Below, piece after piece: positions 20,108 through 30,866 of a stretch of DNA of 64,000 nt. The position numbers and the translations under genes were made by a program. The notes under the pieces were generated by a model. It was not told the DNA's origin. It saw only the letters and a list, made by a program, of their open reading frames with translations, and ran no database searches. Every line of letters begins with the position of its first letter. Positions within the stretch are counted from its first letter, which is position 1. The DNA comes from an uncultured Planctomycetaceae bacterium (GTDB taxonomy: Bacteria; Planctomycetota; Planctomycetia; Gemmatales; Gemmataceae): assembly GCA_963790585.1 (NCBI GenBank), contig CAWBOY010000004.1, positions 108,423-172,422 on the forward strand. Reading direction: 5' to 3'.

Positions 20108-21309
20108 CTAGCGCCTGGCTTGATCCTTCCGACAGGCCGCCAGCGACATGAGCGCGAACGCGGTGCCGTAGGGTTTGTGGTAGTTGTAAAACGGATAATC
20201 CCACCACGAGCCGTCCGCTTCCTGAAGGTCGAGCAGAATGGTTGCGAGGTGGTCTTGATAAAACGGACGATCGGACTCCGGCAGCAGCGGGAGCGTCATG
20301 GCGGCGTAGTAATGGCCGAAATAATAGAAATAGCCGGCCACCTGAAAAAACGATTCATGGGGGATCGGCTTCTTGCGGCCCAGGCTTAGCCAGCCGTTGC
20401 GGCTCATCAGGCGGTCGAGCCAGGTCTTGAGGTCGGCGTCGGTGACCTTGTCATCGCCCCAAAGTCGCAGCGCGAGGTTACACGCCTGCGACCGCCCAAG
20501 ACTGCCGCCGGGTCGGTTGATTCCCATTGTCGGGCGCGCCACAAGTATGTGCCATAAAGATAGGTGCCGTCCACCTGTCGCTGTTGCTGCGTCATTTTGA
20601 CAGCGCGTTTCAGGACCTTTTCTGGAGGCGGCACACCGATCGCCTTGGCCTCGGCGAAGGCCACGAGGACGGCCGCGTTCACGAAACTGGTCGACGATGC
20701 CGCGGGCCGTTGCGTGACCCCATCGAAATCGTAATAGCCCCAGCCGCCTTCGGCCGATTCGTAGCGCGTCAATCGGTCATACTGATCCCGGATCATGTCC
20801 TCGATCCGCTTGCGTCGTTCAGAATCGTCAGGCAAACGACGATGCATCCGGACGAGCGCCTGAATGCCATAAGCATGGGTCCAAACATTGTAGATGAGCC
20901 CGGGCTGATCGCGCCGCACCTTGGGCAGTTGCTCGAAGAGATGCGCTTCACCGCGTTGGATCGCCCGGAGCACTTCCGGTGAAGACCCGCCCGTTTCGAT
21001 CAGGGCCGAGACGGTCAGCGCCGTGACGGCGACGCCGAACGCATGATGGGAGCCAATATCGGCGGTGATCGGCACGCCGCCCTTGATGGCGGGAGTGCCC
21101 CATGAGCCGTCTTTGTTTTGATTGGCGAGCAGGAACGCGACGCCGCGATGAATGGCCTTATCGAGGCGTTCGGAGGAAACCGGCTCCGCCGGCTTGGGTC
21201 GAAGATTCGGAGCCGTTGTCGTGGCCGGTTTATCTTCGGTGCGCGCCGCCGTCAACTGGAATAGAGCAACAAAGAGCGCGGCGATCACGGTCTTGCGAAA
21301 GGCGTTCAT
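20108..21309 (-). CDS. Secreted prenyltransferase/squalene-oxidase-repeat (alpha-alpha toroid) protein, split by a frameshift near 20470-20540.
   Basis: It has a signal peptide. NQNKDGSWG and [11 protein letters not shown] are QW/terpenoid-cyclase-type repeats, found in two overlapping ORFs in different frames. Confidence 0.55.
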
Positions 21310-21327
21310 GGCATTTTCTCCTTTCGA

Positions 21328-22839
21328 TTATGGCTTCGACGCTAGGATCTCATCACCCTCGGCCAGGCCTTCCAAAATTTCGATCCGATCGCCTGACGTC
21401 ATACCGACCTTGATCGTCTTCTTCTCGGGCTTGCCTCCCTTGACGGGAACGTAGACATAATGAGAATCCAGGTTGACATCCTCGAACACGGCAGACGATG
21501 GCGCGGTCAAGGCGGCTTCTTTGTTGGAGGTGACGAACCGGGCCGAGCCGGTCATCCCAGGCAGGAAACCGTCGGCCTTGCCGTCCAGCGCGATGCGAAC
21601 CTCGAACTTCCCTTCGCGCGGGGCAGGCGCCACGGCCACAACCTTACAGCCACGTTTTTTGTCGGGGAAGGCGGTCGGCGTCAGGCGTCCGGCCAGGCCC
21701 GGTTTCAGGCCAGCTAATTCCTTTTCGTCGGCGTCGGCTCGAATGACGACGTCTTCCGGGTCCACAACCGTGATGAAGACGTCGCCAGGGTTGATGGCGC
21801 CGACGCCAAGCAGAGGCGACCCCTGCGGTCCAGCGGGAACCATCCACTGCCCCTTGACGAATCGGCCGTAATAGGCCAACCCATCGACCGAGGCTTTGAC
21901 CGTAAGGGCGGCCCGGTCGTGTTCCAGCTCGGCCAGATGCTCGTTGGATTTACCCTCGTCGTAGCGCAATTGGGCCAAAGCGAGCCGCTTTTGCTGGACG
22001 ACAAGCGGCTGTACGTCTCGGGCCCGGGCCAGCGCCAGATCGGCTTTTTCAACCGAGGCCTTCAGCAGTTGTTCGCGGCGCGGGATGCCGATTTTCAGCA
22101 TATTCTCGGTGTCGATCTTCGCAAGCGCGGCATAGAGATCAGCGCTCTCCACCGAAAACTTATACCGCTTCAAGATCATCTGCTCGGTCTCTTCGGTCAG
22201 GTCTTTGTCGCGGTACATCTTTTGAAGCTGGACCAATTCGTCTTTGGCGTATTGGGAATAGAAGTTGGCCGACTTGAGCATGAACTCGGCGGACTGGATC
22301 GACATTTTTCGATCGACGTCGAGGAACCGTTTCATATCCTCGGCGGCCTGCAGCGCTTCGCGCTGGGCGGTGGCCAGGTCGATCGGCGCCTGCTTCTCGA
22401 GGAGAGGAAGATCTTGTTCGGCCTGGCGAATCGCGAGCTGGGTTTGGTCACGCGCCTGCCGAGCATCTTGAAGGACCCGATCGAGCTTGTCCGACTCGAA
22501 CTCGACCAGCACATCGCCCGCCTTGACGGCGGCGCCATGTTCGACCGCTTTGTGAGCCACAAGCGGGCCAGACCAGTTTTTCAGGCGCACCGAGTGTTCC
22601 GACGTCTTTTGGCTCTGGACAATACCTTTCAACGTCACCGAGGAGACAAGCGGTCCCTTTTCGATCTTTACGGTTGCGGGTTTCGGAGCGTCTTTCTCTT
22701 TGTCCTTCTCTTTGTCCTTCCCCGGTGGCGCTTGCCCGAGGGACAGGCCCGTAAAGAGGATGGCTCCGACGGCAAACGCCAGCATGGCCAAGGTGTACCG
22801 GTGCAACACGTTAGGTCCCTCAAAGAGATGTGACTGCAC
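21328..22839 (-). CDS. HlyD-family periplasmic adaptor (membrane fusion protein) with a long coiled-coil.
   Basis: It has an N-terminal TM anchor, a lipoyl/biotinyl-like segment GDVLVEFESD, long coiled-coil heptads and a beta-barrel C-terminus. Confidence 0.7.
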   Translation of the reverse strand: MQSHLFEGPNVLHRYTLAMLAFAVGAILFTGLSLGQAPPGKDKEKDKEKDAPKPATVKIEKGPLVSSVTLKGIVQSQKTSEHSVRLKNWSGPLVAHKAVEHGAAVKAGDVLVEFESDKLDRVLQDARQARDQTQLAIRQAEQDLPLLEKQAPIDLATAQREALQAAEDMKRFLDVDRKMSIQSAEFMLKSANFYSQYAKDELVQLQKMYRDKDLTEETEQMILKRYKFSVESADLYAALAKIDTENMLKIGIPRREQLLKASVEKADLALARARDVQPLVVQQKRLALAQLRYDEGKSNEHLAELEHDRAALTVKASVDGLAYYGRFVKGQWMVPAGPQGSPLLGVGAINPGDVFITVVDPEDVVIRADADEKELAGLKPGLAGRLTPTAFPDKKRGCKVVAVAPAPREGKFEVRIALDGKADGFLPGMTGSARFVTSNKEAALTAPSSAVFEDVNLDSHYVYVPVKGGKPEKKTIKVGMTSGDRIEILEGLAEGDEILASKP

Positions 22840-23241
22840 GAAGCCGTTGACGCGGCTGATGCATTGGGGAGAATTCTACGTGGCAGGATGAAAAATGGTA
22901 GGCGGGCGGCACTCACCAGCCCCGAGGGCAAGCGCGGGGTTCGGCGGCTCCGAACCGAAACGCGGGAGGGCCTTAACTTGATGCCTATGGGCTTACGACC
23001 CGCAACGGCCCCCGTCTTCGTAGCGGAACAGCCCCTGGGGTTATTCCACCCTATTCGTGGCTTCCTTTCCAGATTTTGATGGATCAAATCCCGGTTCGAC
23101 ACTTACAATGGCACAGTCAATCATCAAGCACGGACAGCATGGCGCCCGCGACGCGGAAAGTAGGCATCCATTTCCGGGAGCAATTGAAAGACTTGGAATA
23201 CCTCAATAGTTTGTCATACGCTACCTTTTGCAGGTAAAGAA

Positions 23242-25671
23242 ATGGCAGCCGATTACGAAGCGAAGCGCTTTGCCGACGACGCCGTCACGGAATCGGCTCG
23301 CTCCAAGAACGCGAGCATAACCGACATTTTGCGAGTTTTGGCGCAATCCTACAATGCCTTCGGCGTCGTGCTATGGGAATTGAAGGACACACCACCCAAG
23401 ACAGACCAGGTTACTCCCATCAATTCCAGTAGACTGTTCACAGTTGCATCCTGGTTCAACTGCGACGATCAGACATTCGCGATGCATAATCTCCCTGTAC
23501 TAGGGTCGAAAACAGGCGAGGCGATACGCAACAATAAGCCCTTGATTGAGTTGGACATACCGCGTAACGGTGGTCCTTTCCGCAACCATCCGTATTTGGT
23601 GAAACACGGCATTCATCAGATGATCAGTGTACCCATAACGAAGTCTGCGTCCGATTCCCGGCCCTCCCTTCAGGCTCTCAATCTATATCGAACGGGTGAA
23701 CAGCCCGCTTTCGGGCAAAAGGAATTAGATGGACTTGAATACCACGCTAGATTGGTTAACTCCATTCTCGATACAGTCGAAGATCGGCGTGTCGCGCGTA
23801 TTCTCTTGGAAATCGATAGCCTTTTGCTTTCGGAGCTGCCTCCGAAAATTGAAGGTCCGATGCAAGCTGCCATGATGCGATTTGAGAGGTGCTGCTCGGC
23901 ACTTGCAAGCCTCCTCGCTTGCTGCGAAGTGTCAATGTACCTTTCCAGTCGAAAAGACGGAGATCAGTTCCATCCACCTATCACCACACTTAAAACGACT
24001 TTGAGACCGATCTCAACTAACGGACTGACACGTTGGGTGCTAAATAACCATCGTGGGATTCGCATCTTGGATCTGGCGCATTTCAAGCAGGATAGGGACG
24101 AGATTCAAAAAGAATACGCAGGGGCTGAATGGACTAATTCCGGGGATGTAGAAGCCTTCGCAAGCGCCGAATTGAAGATTAGTGACGAGAAGAGCCTGCC
24201 ACCATTAAGCTTCATGGCATCGCCTCTTCTCGCTGATGGAGGTTGCTATGGTGTGATTCGCTGCTCAGTTCGGCGCGACGGTCCGTCTTACTTCTCTGAT
24301 CGCGATTTGAAGCTGCTAAGTGCGGTCGGCAACCGCCTGGGCTTGACCTGGCGTGATGCCATCCTTCAGGATGCCCTTTATGCCGAGCGAGGTGCATGGG
24401 AGCGGCTTGCTAAGGCAATAGAAGGACTGAATGCAAGAATTCAGTCCGTCAAGGTAACATCGCACATCGATTGCATACGGGAGGCGCTCGATGAAATCTC
24501 AGATGTTTTGCCGCAGGTCGACATTGTTGATGTCCGGTTTCTATCCGCCGACAAGAAAAACTTGGAATTTGCAGCTGTAATCGGCAAGACCTGGTTAATG
24601 CAGCCACAAAAGATCAAGGATCAGCTGTTGCAGGCAAAATTTCCGATTAGCAATGCCCAATTTTCATCCGTGGGAGCTGAAGTATATGTGACGCGAAAGC
24701 CAAAGCATGTGACAGATGTTGCCGCAGAAGGATGCTTTGCCAGATTGAACTTGGTCCCCATCAAAGAATTGGTTGTCTCCCCGATCGCAAGCGGAGATAT
24801 AATTTATGGAGTGCTCGATCTCCACAGAACCGGCGAAGTGCCTCTGCCGCGAACAATTTTATCAGCTGCCACCATTCTTTCTAGTCAGCTTGGGCTTTAT
24901 CTTCGCATGCACGATGCATTTCAAAGAGAAAGGTCCACGCTCGAGGAACGAGACCGGACATATCAAGACCTAAGCCATCAGCTCAAGACGCCTCTCAATG
25001 GATTGGCTGAGCGGGCTACGTTGGCCCTAGAAAATCACAGGACCAACAGTCTCACTGAAGGATCGCTTATGCGTCTTCGCGGTCTCGCTCGCCAATCGGT
25101 CGTGGTAGTTCAATCGATGCAACTGTTGGCGGATCTGAATCGCGGGCAACCGATTGTACCTACATTTGACACAGTAACGGCAGCCAGGCTGAGGCAAGTA
25201 CTTATTGAGCTTGCCAGTGATGCAGAAGCTCAATTGCCTCCTTCATCGAACATCCGTATCGATCTCGATCGTACCTGGCTATTTGATGAAAGCTTCATTC
25301 AGAGAATCCAAGTTCGGTTGGACTGGAAAATGCTTCGACATTGTGTTAGCAACCTACTTGACAATGCCGGAAAATATAGCAAAAAGCATTCGATCATCTC
25401 GCTCGTGGCCGGAGTGTCGAGGAAAGGGTTGGAGATTCGTGTGGAGAATTACGGAATCCACATCGAGGCTTCGGAAGTGGAAAAGGCGAAGGAGCGTGAT
25501 TGGCGCAGTCCGGCTGCAATTCGCGTGACAGGAGAGGGCCGTGGTATTGGCCTCTGGATTGTAGACCAGATCATGAAGGCCCATCACGGTCAGTTGAACA
25601 TAATTCCAACCGATGAAGAGGGAAAAACCGTCGTGGGTTTGATTTTTCCATCTGTCCGTCGCGTACAATGA
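23242..25671 (+). CDS. Sensor histidine kinase with N-terminal GAF-like domains. It lies in an AT-richer accessory region.
   Basis: The H-box is LSHQLKTPLNGL, the N-box is NLLDNAGKYS and the G-box is GEGRGIGLWIV. The local GC content is visibly lower than the flanks. Confidence 0.8.
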   Translation: MAADYEAKRFADDAVTESARSKNASITDILRVLAQSYNAFGVVLWELKDTPPKTDQVTPINSSRLFTVASWFNCDDQTFAMHNLPVLGSKTGEAIRNNKPLIELDIPRNGGPFRNHPYLVKHGIHQMISVPITKSASDSRPSLQALNLYRTGEQPAFGQKELDGLEYHARLVNSILDTVEDRRVARILLEIDSLLLSELPPKIEGPMQAAMMRFERCCSALASLLACCEVSMYLSSRKDGDQFHPPITTLKTTLRPISTNGLTRWVLNNHRGIRILDLAHFKQDRDEIQKEYAGAEWTNSGDVEAFASAELKISDEKSLPPLSFMASPLLADGGCYGVIRCSVRRDGPSYFSDRDLKLLSAVGNRLGLTWRDAILQDALYAERGAWERLAKAIEGLNARIQSVKVTSHIDCIREALDEISDVLPQVDIVDVRFLSADKKNLEFAAVIGKTWLMQPQKIKDQLLQAKFPISNAQFSSVGAEVYVTRKPKHVTDVAAEGCFARLNLVPIKELVVSPIASGDIIYGVLDLHRTGEVPLPRTILSAATILSSQLGLYLRMHDAFQRERSTLEERDRTYQDLSHQLKTPLNGLAERATLALENHRTNSLTEGSLMRLRGLARQSVVVVQSMQLLADLNRGQPIVPTFDTVTAARLRQVLIELASDAEAQLPPSSNIRIDLDRTWLFDESFIQRIQVRLDWKMLRHCVSNLLDNAGKYSKKHSIISLVAGVSRKGLEIRVENYGIHIEASEVEKAKERDWRSPAAIRVTGEGRGIGLWIVDQIMKAHHGQLNIIPTDEEGKTVVGLIFPSVRRVQ

Positions 25672-25680
25672 GAGAAACCA

Positions 25681-26139
25681 ATGACTCGTAAAATTACGTC
25701 AGTTCGGCCCGCCAAGTCACTGCGCTTTCTTGTCTTGGATGACAATTGGACCCACGCAGAGTTAATGACAATGTGGCTTCAGCGTGAGTTCCCTAATGCT
25801 GTAATCACTGTAATAGAGACAGCGAAGCAATTTATGAGGAATCTTAACAATGTTGAAAAGGATCCCCCCGACGTCTTTATCTTGGATATGATGGTTCGCT
25901 ACACTGATGTAGGTGATCCAGATCCAGTTACTAATGGATCTGAAGAAGATTTTTTCCAAGCTGGTGCCAGATGCTACGATGAATTGAAGAGCAAAGGCTT
26001 AGCGAACCGGGTGATTATTTACTCAGTCATTGAGGCTGAAAACTTGAGAGCCGCCAATCTGTCTGAACTCATTAGTATTTTCGTTCAAAAGGGCGAAGAT
26101 AAATCAGCTCTGCTCGATGCGATTCGGCGAATCGTTTGA
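25681..26139 (+). CDS. Single-domain response-regulator receiver (CheY-like) protein.
   Basis: It has an LVLDD acidic pocket and a VFILDMMV phospho-acceptor Asp. It sits 10 bp downstream of the kinase. Confidence 0.6.
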   Translation: MTRKITSVRPAKSLRFLVLDDNWTHAELMTMWLQREFPNAVITVIETAKQFMRNLNNVEKDPPDVFILDMMVRYTDVGDPDPVTNGSEEDFFQAGARCYDELKSKGLANRVIIYSVIEAENLRAANLSELISIFVQKGEDKSALLDAIRRIV

Positions 26140-26227
26140 CGGAGCGCGAAATGCCTGTCCTGAATGAGCTTAGCTTAATTTTGTATCCGCCAGAGCGAGC
26201 GGCGCGAAGCAATCGTATAAATTCAGG

Positions 26228-27253
26228 CTAATACGTTGGAAGGGCAACTAGTTGCGCCTTCACCGCTAAATCTTTGCAAGTGTATATCGCGTGTCTCACA
26301 ATTTCGCGTTTTGCGGCCATGCCTGGGAACGGATTTTTTTTCCGCAATTCATCCGTAGCAGACGAGATTTTACCCATTAATTCAATTTTATCTGGATCCG
26401 CGTTTCGCAAATGTACTACTTCATCCCCACAAAGCCGCTTTTCATGGGCTCCGGAGGCAATAATTGATTCTCGGAAGGGCTCGAATACTGGCGACCATAC
26501 GAAGCATTCGTTGCCTGTTAGTTCTTTGCTAAAAACATCCGGCAGCGCCGAAGTAGCCCACGGTGGCCAAGCCAAGTCGTCCGAAAGCTTTATCATCGTT
26601 GGTTTTAATTCTTTTACATGGCCCGCCCATTTATCTTTCGCCGCCGCCAGCCACTTTACGAGCTTCTGGCGTCGCTCAATCGTATAGTCACTCTCCGTGA
26701 AAAAACCTATCGCCTCGGCGAAGGTCTCCAGTGTATCTCGGTTAGTGTCGGAACCTGCCAAAATACTCTCAATGGCAGCCGAGGGCAGCACCAGCAGGAG
26801 CCGCTCTCGAATCGATTTCATTTCCCGGACCTGTAGCCAGCTTGCGCTAGGTAACAATTGAACCGTCTCGCGGACGACCGGACCGAGCAGATCTGGCTGA
26901 TCCAGCAATCGCATCAAGCCCCAAAGATTTGCGGCGGCCTCGCCCGTGTATAGCTCAATTTTCGCCAGAAACGCAGCTGCGTCCGGAAAAAGTTGGCGGT
27001 TGATATCAGGCGAAGCGGTCTGAAGTAGTTGAGCGAAGGTCCTACTGATCGTGGCCGCATCCGCCGCAGCCTTGATGCCGCGCCAGAACCAGACGTAGGC
27101 CTGATCGCTCCGGCCAACGGGAGGCAAGCCGATGCCGCACATCCACGAGAGAACGCGTTCGCCGGTCCACACGATAGGCTGTTCGTCGGGCGATGGACGT
27201 GTGCCGCAAATTCGCTCAACAAACCGCTTCATACATTCGATTTGTTCTGACAT
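26228..27253 (-). CDS. Hypothetical protein (341 aa). It is the downstream gene of a two-gene cassette.
   Basis: It is a long ORF in the AT-richer island with no recognisable motif. Confidence 0.4.
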   Translation of the reverse strand: MSEQIECMKRFVERICGTRPSPDEQPIVWTGERVLSWMCGIGLPPVGRSDQAYVWFWRGIKAAADAATISRTFAQLLQTASPDINRQLFPDAAAFLAKIELYTGEAAANLWGLMRLLDQPDLLGPVVRETVQLLPSASWLQVREMKSIRERLLLVLPSAAIESILAGSDTNRDTLETFAEAIGFFTESDYTIERRQKLVKWLAAAKDKWAGHVKELKPTMIKLSDDLAWPPWATSALPDVFSKELTGNECFVWSPVFEPFRESIIASGAHEKRLCGDEVVHLRNADPDKIELMGKISSATDELRKKNPFPGMAAKREIVRHAIYTCKDLAVKAQLVALPTY

Positions 27254-27316
27254 CTCTTAGATCTCCTGGTCCTCCTGGTTCATTATCGGCATTCGGGATG
27301 CCAAATGACAAGGCAG

Positions 27317-28420
27317 TTAATTGGGCCATTGGCTGATCGTTGCGGCGTGTTGAGGCCATAGGTTAGCTAACAGCGTTCTTTGTCGACTCCTATAATTTAC
27401 CACGTCTGCCTGTCCTACCGCGGCATCCGTTTTTCCCAGACCCACAATTTTCACCTGGGCCAACTTCCTGTGCGAGTGCGCGTGGATGAATTCAGGCATG
27501 AGGTCATTGTGCGACGGCAAAAGGCCCGGGTCACACAGGTCCATCGCGCGTCCGCCATGTCGAGGGTGAATTTGTTCAGGCGTTGCATAATGAAAAGATT
27601 GATCGATGCCAGCATCGGCAGAGCTAGGGCGATAGAGCATGCCTCCACTCGGCAAGCAGTATTCGAAGGCAACGATATATCGCCCACGTATCGCCCGAGC
27701 CATACCAAGGATTTCGAGCCATCGATTGGGGCCTTTGTCAAAATGCTTGTCGAATTCAGATTTTAGCGTGACCCAAACCGGGTTGTAGGTATTGTCATTC
27801 ACTACGCTTAAAACGTGTTGCAAGTACGCAACTTGGGCTGCGGTCGGCCGAAAGTCCTTGGCAATCGGACCGAAGATATGGTCGAAGTACAAAGGAGCAT
27901 CTACGTCCGGATTTCCCTTAGGATCTTCGGAAGGTAGTTTGGCACGTCGTTTGGGGGCCTGATTGGATCGACGCTCTATCGAGTCTAAGATAGGTCCAAT
28001 CTGGTAAAGCTTGTTTAGGTCGAGAAGCCAGATTAGCGGCCTTCCTTCGTCTACCTCACTAGCAACGTTACTAGCAACGTTGTTTGCGTTGATTGTCGTG
28101 GCGAACTCAGGATTGGGGTCGGTTAGGACCTTTTGCTTGAAATAAGTTCCAAGATACTCGTTGAGCGGCTTCTGCGGATCGATGCTCCTCTCCGCCGCAA
28201 CGTAGGCCTCGATTGAGGTGAATCGAGGGGGCGAAACGCGTTCATCCACTTCCAGATTCGCGCCACCAGCGTGGAAATCCGATGTGAGCGAACTCACCCA
28301 GTTCGAGATTTCATTGCACCAGGGATGAGGGGTCCTTACGGTACCGAAGATCTTGGTCATTGCTACGTTCCTAGGCCGAGAAACGAGTAGAAGTCTGATT
28401 AAGAGAATAAGTTTAGGCAC
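27317..28420 (-). CDS. Hypothetical protein with a His-rich C-terminal segment (HPRHGG...HNDL...IHAHSH), possibly a metal-dependent hydrolase.
   Basis: It is a long ORF and the probable start is MTKIFGTV. The His cluster is only suggestive. Confidence 0.35.
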   Translation of the reverse strand: MPKLILLIRLLLVSRPRNVAMTKIFGTVRTPHPWCNEISNWVSSLTSDFHAGGANLEVDERVSPPRFTSIEAYVAAERSIDPQKPLNEYLGTYFKQKVLTDPNPEFATTINANNVASNVASEVDEGRPLIWLLDLNKLYQIGPILDSIERRSNQAPKRRAKLPSEDPKGNPDVDAPLYFDHIFGPIAKDFRPTAAQVAYLQHVLSVVNDNTYNPVWVTLKSEFDKHFDKGPNRWLEILGMARAIRGRYIVAFEYCLPSGGMLYRPSSADAGIDQSFHYATPEQIHPRHGGRAMDLCDPGLLPSHNDLMPEFIHAHSHRKLAQVKIVGLGKTDAAVGQADVVNYRSRQRTLLANLWPQHAATISQWPN

Positions 28421-28711
28421 ATCGCGTTGAGTTGCAACAAAAATCTGAGTATTTATGGATCGCGGGTGCGTACAATCCTGTTGCTGCCGTTCCTCGGCTC
28501 TACCGAGCTTTAATCAACCCTCCCCTGTTAAAGGATTTGACCTCGGTGGGACCAAGGCTTATTTTCGCATGTGGTGCTTCGTTCAGTCTCCGATTCCAAA
28601 CTTTGCCGTCCATTTCCTGCCTTATTCCGCCGTTACGGTCATGCCCGCCTTGGCCACGCGAGCTGGGGGCGAAGCGGTGCCGTTGCCTTACTGAGCGCTG
28701 AGAGTGCGGAC

Positions 28712-28880
28712 GAAATGTGAATGAATTAACCCCTTGACATAATGGAAGTTGCGGTAATTGTGAAGATTATGTGAATTCGTTCGCAGGGGTTATGGGGGGC
28801 TCGAATGAAACGAATTTTCCTCCGGTGGTTGAGCGAAACGACACCACCGTAGGAGAGATGCGACTTTTCGGACAGCCTTT
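28712..28880 (+). repeat. Multi-copy element, copy A. It has a promoter-like sequence (TTGACA-17-TAATTG) followed by a conserved segment of about 90 bp with the hairpin CCGGTGG-TTGAGCGAAACGACA-CCACCGG.
   Basis: There is near-identity to the IS-interrupted copy (29253-29306 plus 30763-30860). Partial copies lie at 33440-33500 and, inverted, at 33755-33800. Confidence 0.55.
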
Positions 28881-29306
28881 CGTCGCTCGGCTTCGATTCG
28901 CACGCTGTTGGCATCTAAGGTGCGCCACAAGCCTGCTATGCACTCGTCGTGACCGAAGATGTCTTTGATAGTTAATTGAGCACTCGGCGCAGCCTTCATA
29001 ATGCTCTCCAGTTATGCGCTTCCCAATATGTACGAGGAAATTATTGTACGTCTGTTTTTTTGTATGTCGATCTGCATGCGTACCGGCTGGGTTGGGATAT
29101 TTCCTGGGCAGATTCACGGGGTTCTCCCTGATTTTCTTACACAGCGACTCTATCTCAGTTTGGCATTTTCCGAATGGCTTCGGGTGGATAGTCCGCGGTA
29201 GTTCTGTGTGTGTACGACCGCGCAATGCAATGAATTAACCGCTTGGTAGGATGAGACTTGCAGGAATTGTGTAGATTGTGTGAATTCGTTCGATGGGGTG
29301 TATGGG

Positions 29307-30762
29307 GCAATACTGTTCGGCCCATTAAATGCCCGCGCGTGTTCCAAGGGCCGATTCTCCCGAAGCGGCTGGCGTGACTTGGTATTCGATGGTTAGGAAA
29401 TGAAAGAGTGGATAATCAGGTGTCCAACAGGCGCAGCGGCAACCAGGGCGGCCGGGGTTTCGCCTCGGTCGCTGGACATTTAACTCGCCTTTTTTTCGCG
29501 CCCTCAATTCGGCCAGGTGCCTCTCCAGTTCCTCCAGAGTGGCCATGCCCATCAAGTAAAACTGGATCATCTCCCACGTCCGTTTGGTCGGCTTGCGGCC
29601 GGTCCACAGAACCACCAACAGACTGGCGATCAGGGCGGCATAGCATTGCAGGGCCACGCCATTGGCATCTTCGCTCAGCAAATGGCGACAACCCAGGATG
29701 CACTTCATCCAGCCGAAGAACAGTTCCACCGTCCAGCGATAGCGGTAAGCCAACGCCACCAACTCCGCTGTTAATTCAAGGCGATTGGTCAACAGCCACA
29801 TTTCCTCGACCGTCTGGTCGGGCTTGGTGCGACGCACGATCACGAGACGGAGCGGATGTTCAAAGGAGGTCTCACCATACATCGTGCCCAGACGGAACAG
29901 CAAGGCATCGCGGACGACCCCGGCGGCGCGGTCTTGGTCGGTCAAGGGTCGATCTTCCTTGAAGCCAAAGGCGGCGGTGTCCTGAATGCGGGCGACGAAG
30001 GAAGAACCGGCGTTCAGGATGGCCTGGTAAAGTTCGTAACTGGCGTAGCCGCGATCGGTTACGTATAAGCGGCCCGGCTCGAGCGTGGCCTGCAACTGCG
30101 CGGGCTCGGAACAAGCGGCGGGCGTAACCGTCGCATCACAGGGGACGCCCTTGAGGACATCCAAGTGCAAATGGACCTTGACGGCACGGTGTTCGGAATC
30201 CTGCCACAACGCCCAAAACATCTTGGGCAAAGCAGTCAGGATGGTGCCGTCGACGGCAGTCAAACCGCGTAGGGCCTCGGCGTCGGCACCGTGTTCGAGG
30301 GGCAAGGCTCGCTGAGCCAGTTCCTGGACAATCTGCCGCAAAAGCTCGGCATCAAAGACACCGGTGGCTTCGCTGAGCGACCCGAGCGAGACGCGACGGA
30401 TGCCAAAAAGCCGCTGTACTTTGTCCAGGCCGCTGGCCTGCTGCATGCCACGAAGGCTGGTGATGACGGCGCTGAAAAAGTACAGGAGCAATAAAATGGC
30501 ATACTGATCGAAGAAAAACTGCCGATTGTGGGCCTTGTCGCGTGCTGTGCCCGCGTCGTGCAGGCGTTCGAGCATCGGCGTGAGCAACTGAAAGTACTTG
30601 AAGCCACACAAGTTAGCTTCCGTTACCGGTTGTCGCCGCGGCCTGGCCATGATGGAGCCTCCTTCTGAGGCCGGGCGGGTCGGCCTCGGAAGGAATTACC
30701 AGCTGCTTTCGTGCCAAAGGATGGGGAAAATTTAGAAGAAAAGCGAAGTAAATTTGGTGCCG
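29307..30762 (-). mobile_element. IS4-family insertion sequence (1456 bp). The terminal inverted repeats are CAATACTGTTCGGC / GCCGAACAGTATTG. The 10-bp target-site duplication GTGTATGGGG lies at 29297-29306 and 30763-30772.
   Basis: The inverted repeats and the direct duplication were read from the sequence. The element interrupts copy B of the 28.7-kb repeat element. Confidence 0.8.
29325..30650 (-). CDS. IS4-family DDE transposase.
   Basis: It has a DDE_Tnp_1-type C-terminal signature (YRYRWTVELFFGWMK) and is 441 aa. Confidence 0.85.
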   Translation of the reverse strand: MARPRRQPVTEANLCGFKYFQLLTPMLERLHDAGTARDKAHNRQFFFDQYAILLLLYFFSAVITSLRGMQQASGLDKVQRLFGIRRVSLGSLSEATGVFDAELLRQIVQELAQRALPLEHGADAEALRGLTAVDGTILTALPKMFWALWQDSEHRAVKVHLHLDVLKGVPCDATVTPAACSEPAQLQATLEPGRLYVTDRGYASYELYQAILNAGSSFVARIQDTAAFGFKEDRPLTDQDRAAGVVRDALLFRLGTMYGETSFEHPLRLVIVRRTKPDQTVEEMWLLTNRLELTAELVALAYRYRWTVELFFGWMKCILGCRHLLSEDANGVALQCYAALIASLLVVLWTGRKPTKRTWEMIQFYLMGMATLEELERHLAELRARKKGELNVQRPRRNPGRPGCRCACWTPDYPLFHFLTIEYQVTPAASGESALGTRAGI

Positions 30763-30860
30763 AACAGTATTGGTGTATGGGGGGGCTCTGAATGAAACGA
30801 ATTTTCCTCCGGTGGTTGAGCGCAGCCACACCACCGGAGGAGAGACGCGACTGGTCGGGC
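30763..30860 (+). repeat. Right half of repeat-element copy B. The left half is 29253-29306 and the IS4 element separates them.
   Basis: GGGGGCTCTGAATGAAACGAATTTTCCTCCGGTGGTTGAGCG... is almost identical to 28790-28875. Confidence 0.55.
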
Positions 30861-30866
30861 AGCCTT

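Noticed and set aside
22840-23240. Looked for a tRNA or tmRNA gene as the island integration site, because of GGTTCGAC-like strings.
   Set aside because: No cloverleaf is present: no 7-nt T-loop with flanking 5-bp stem, and no acceptor/CCA context. It is treated as an ordinary divergent promoter region.
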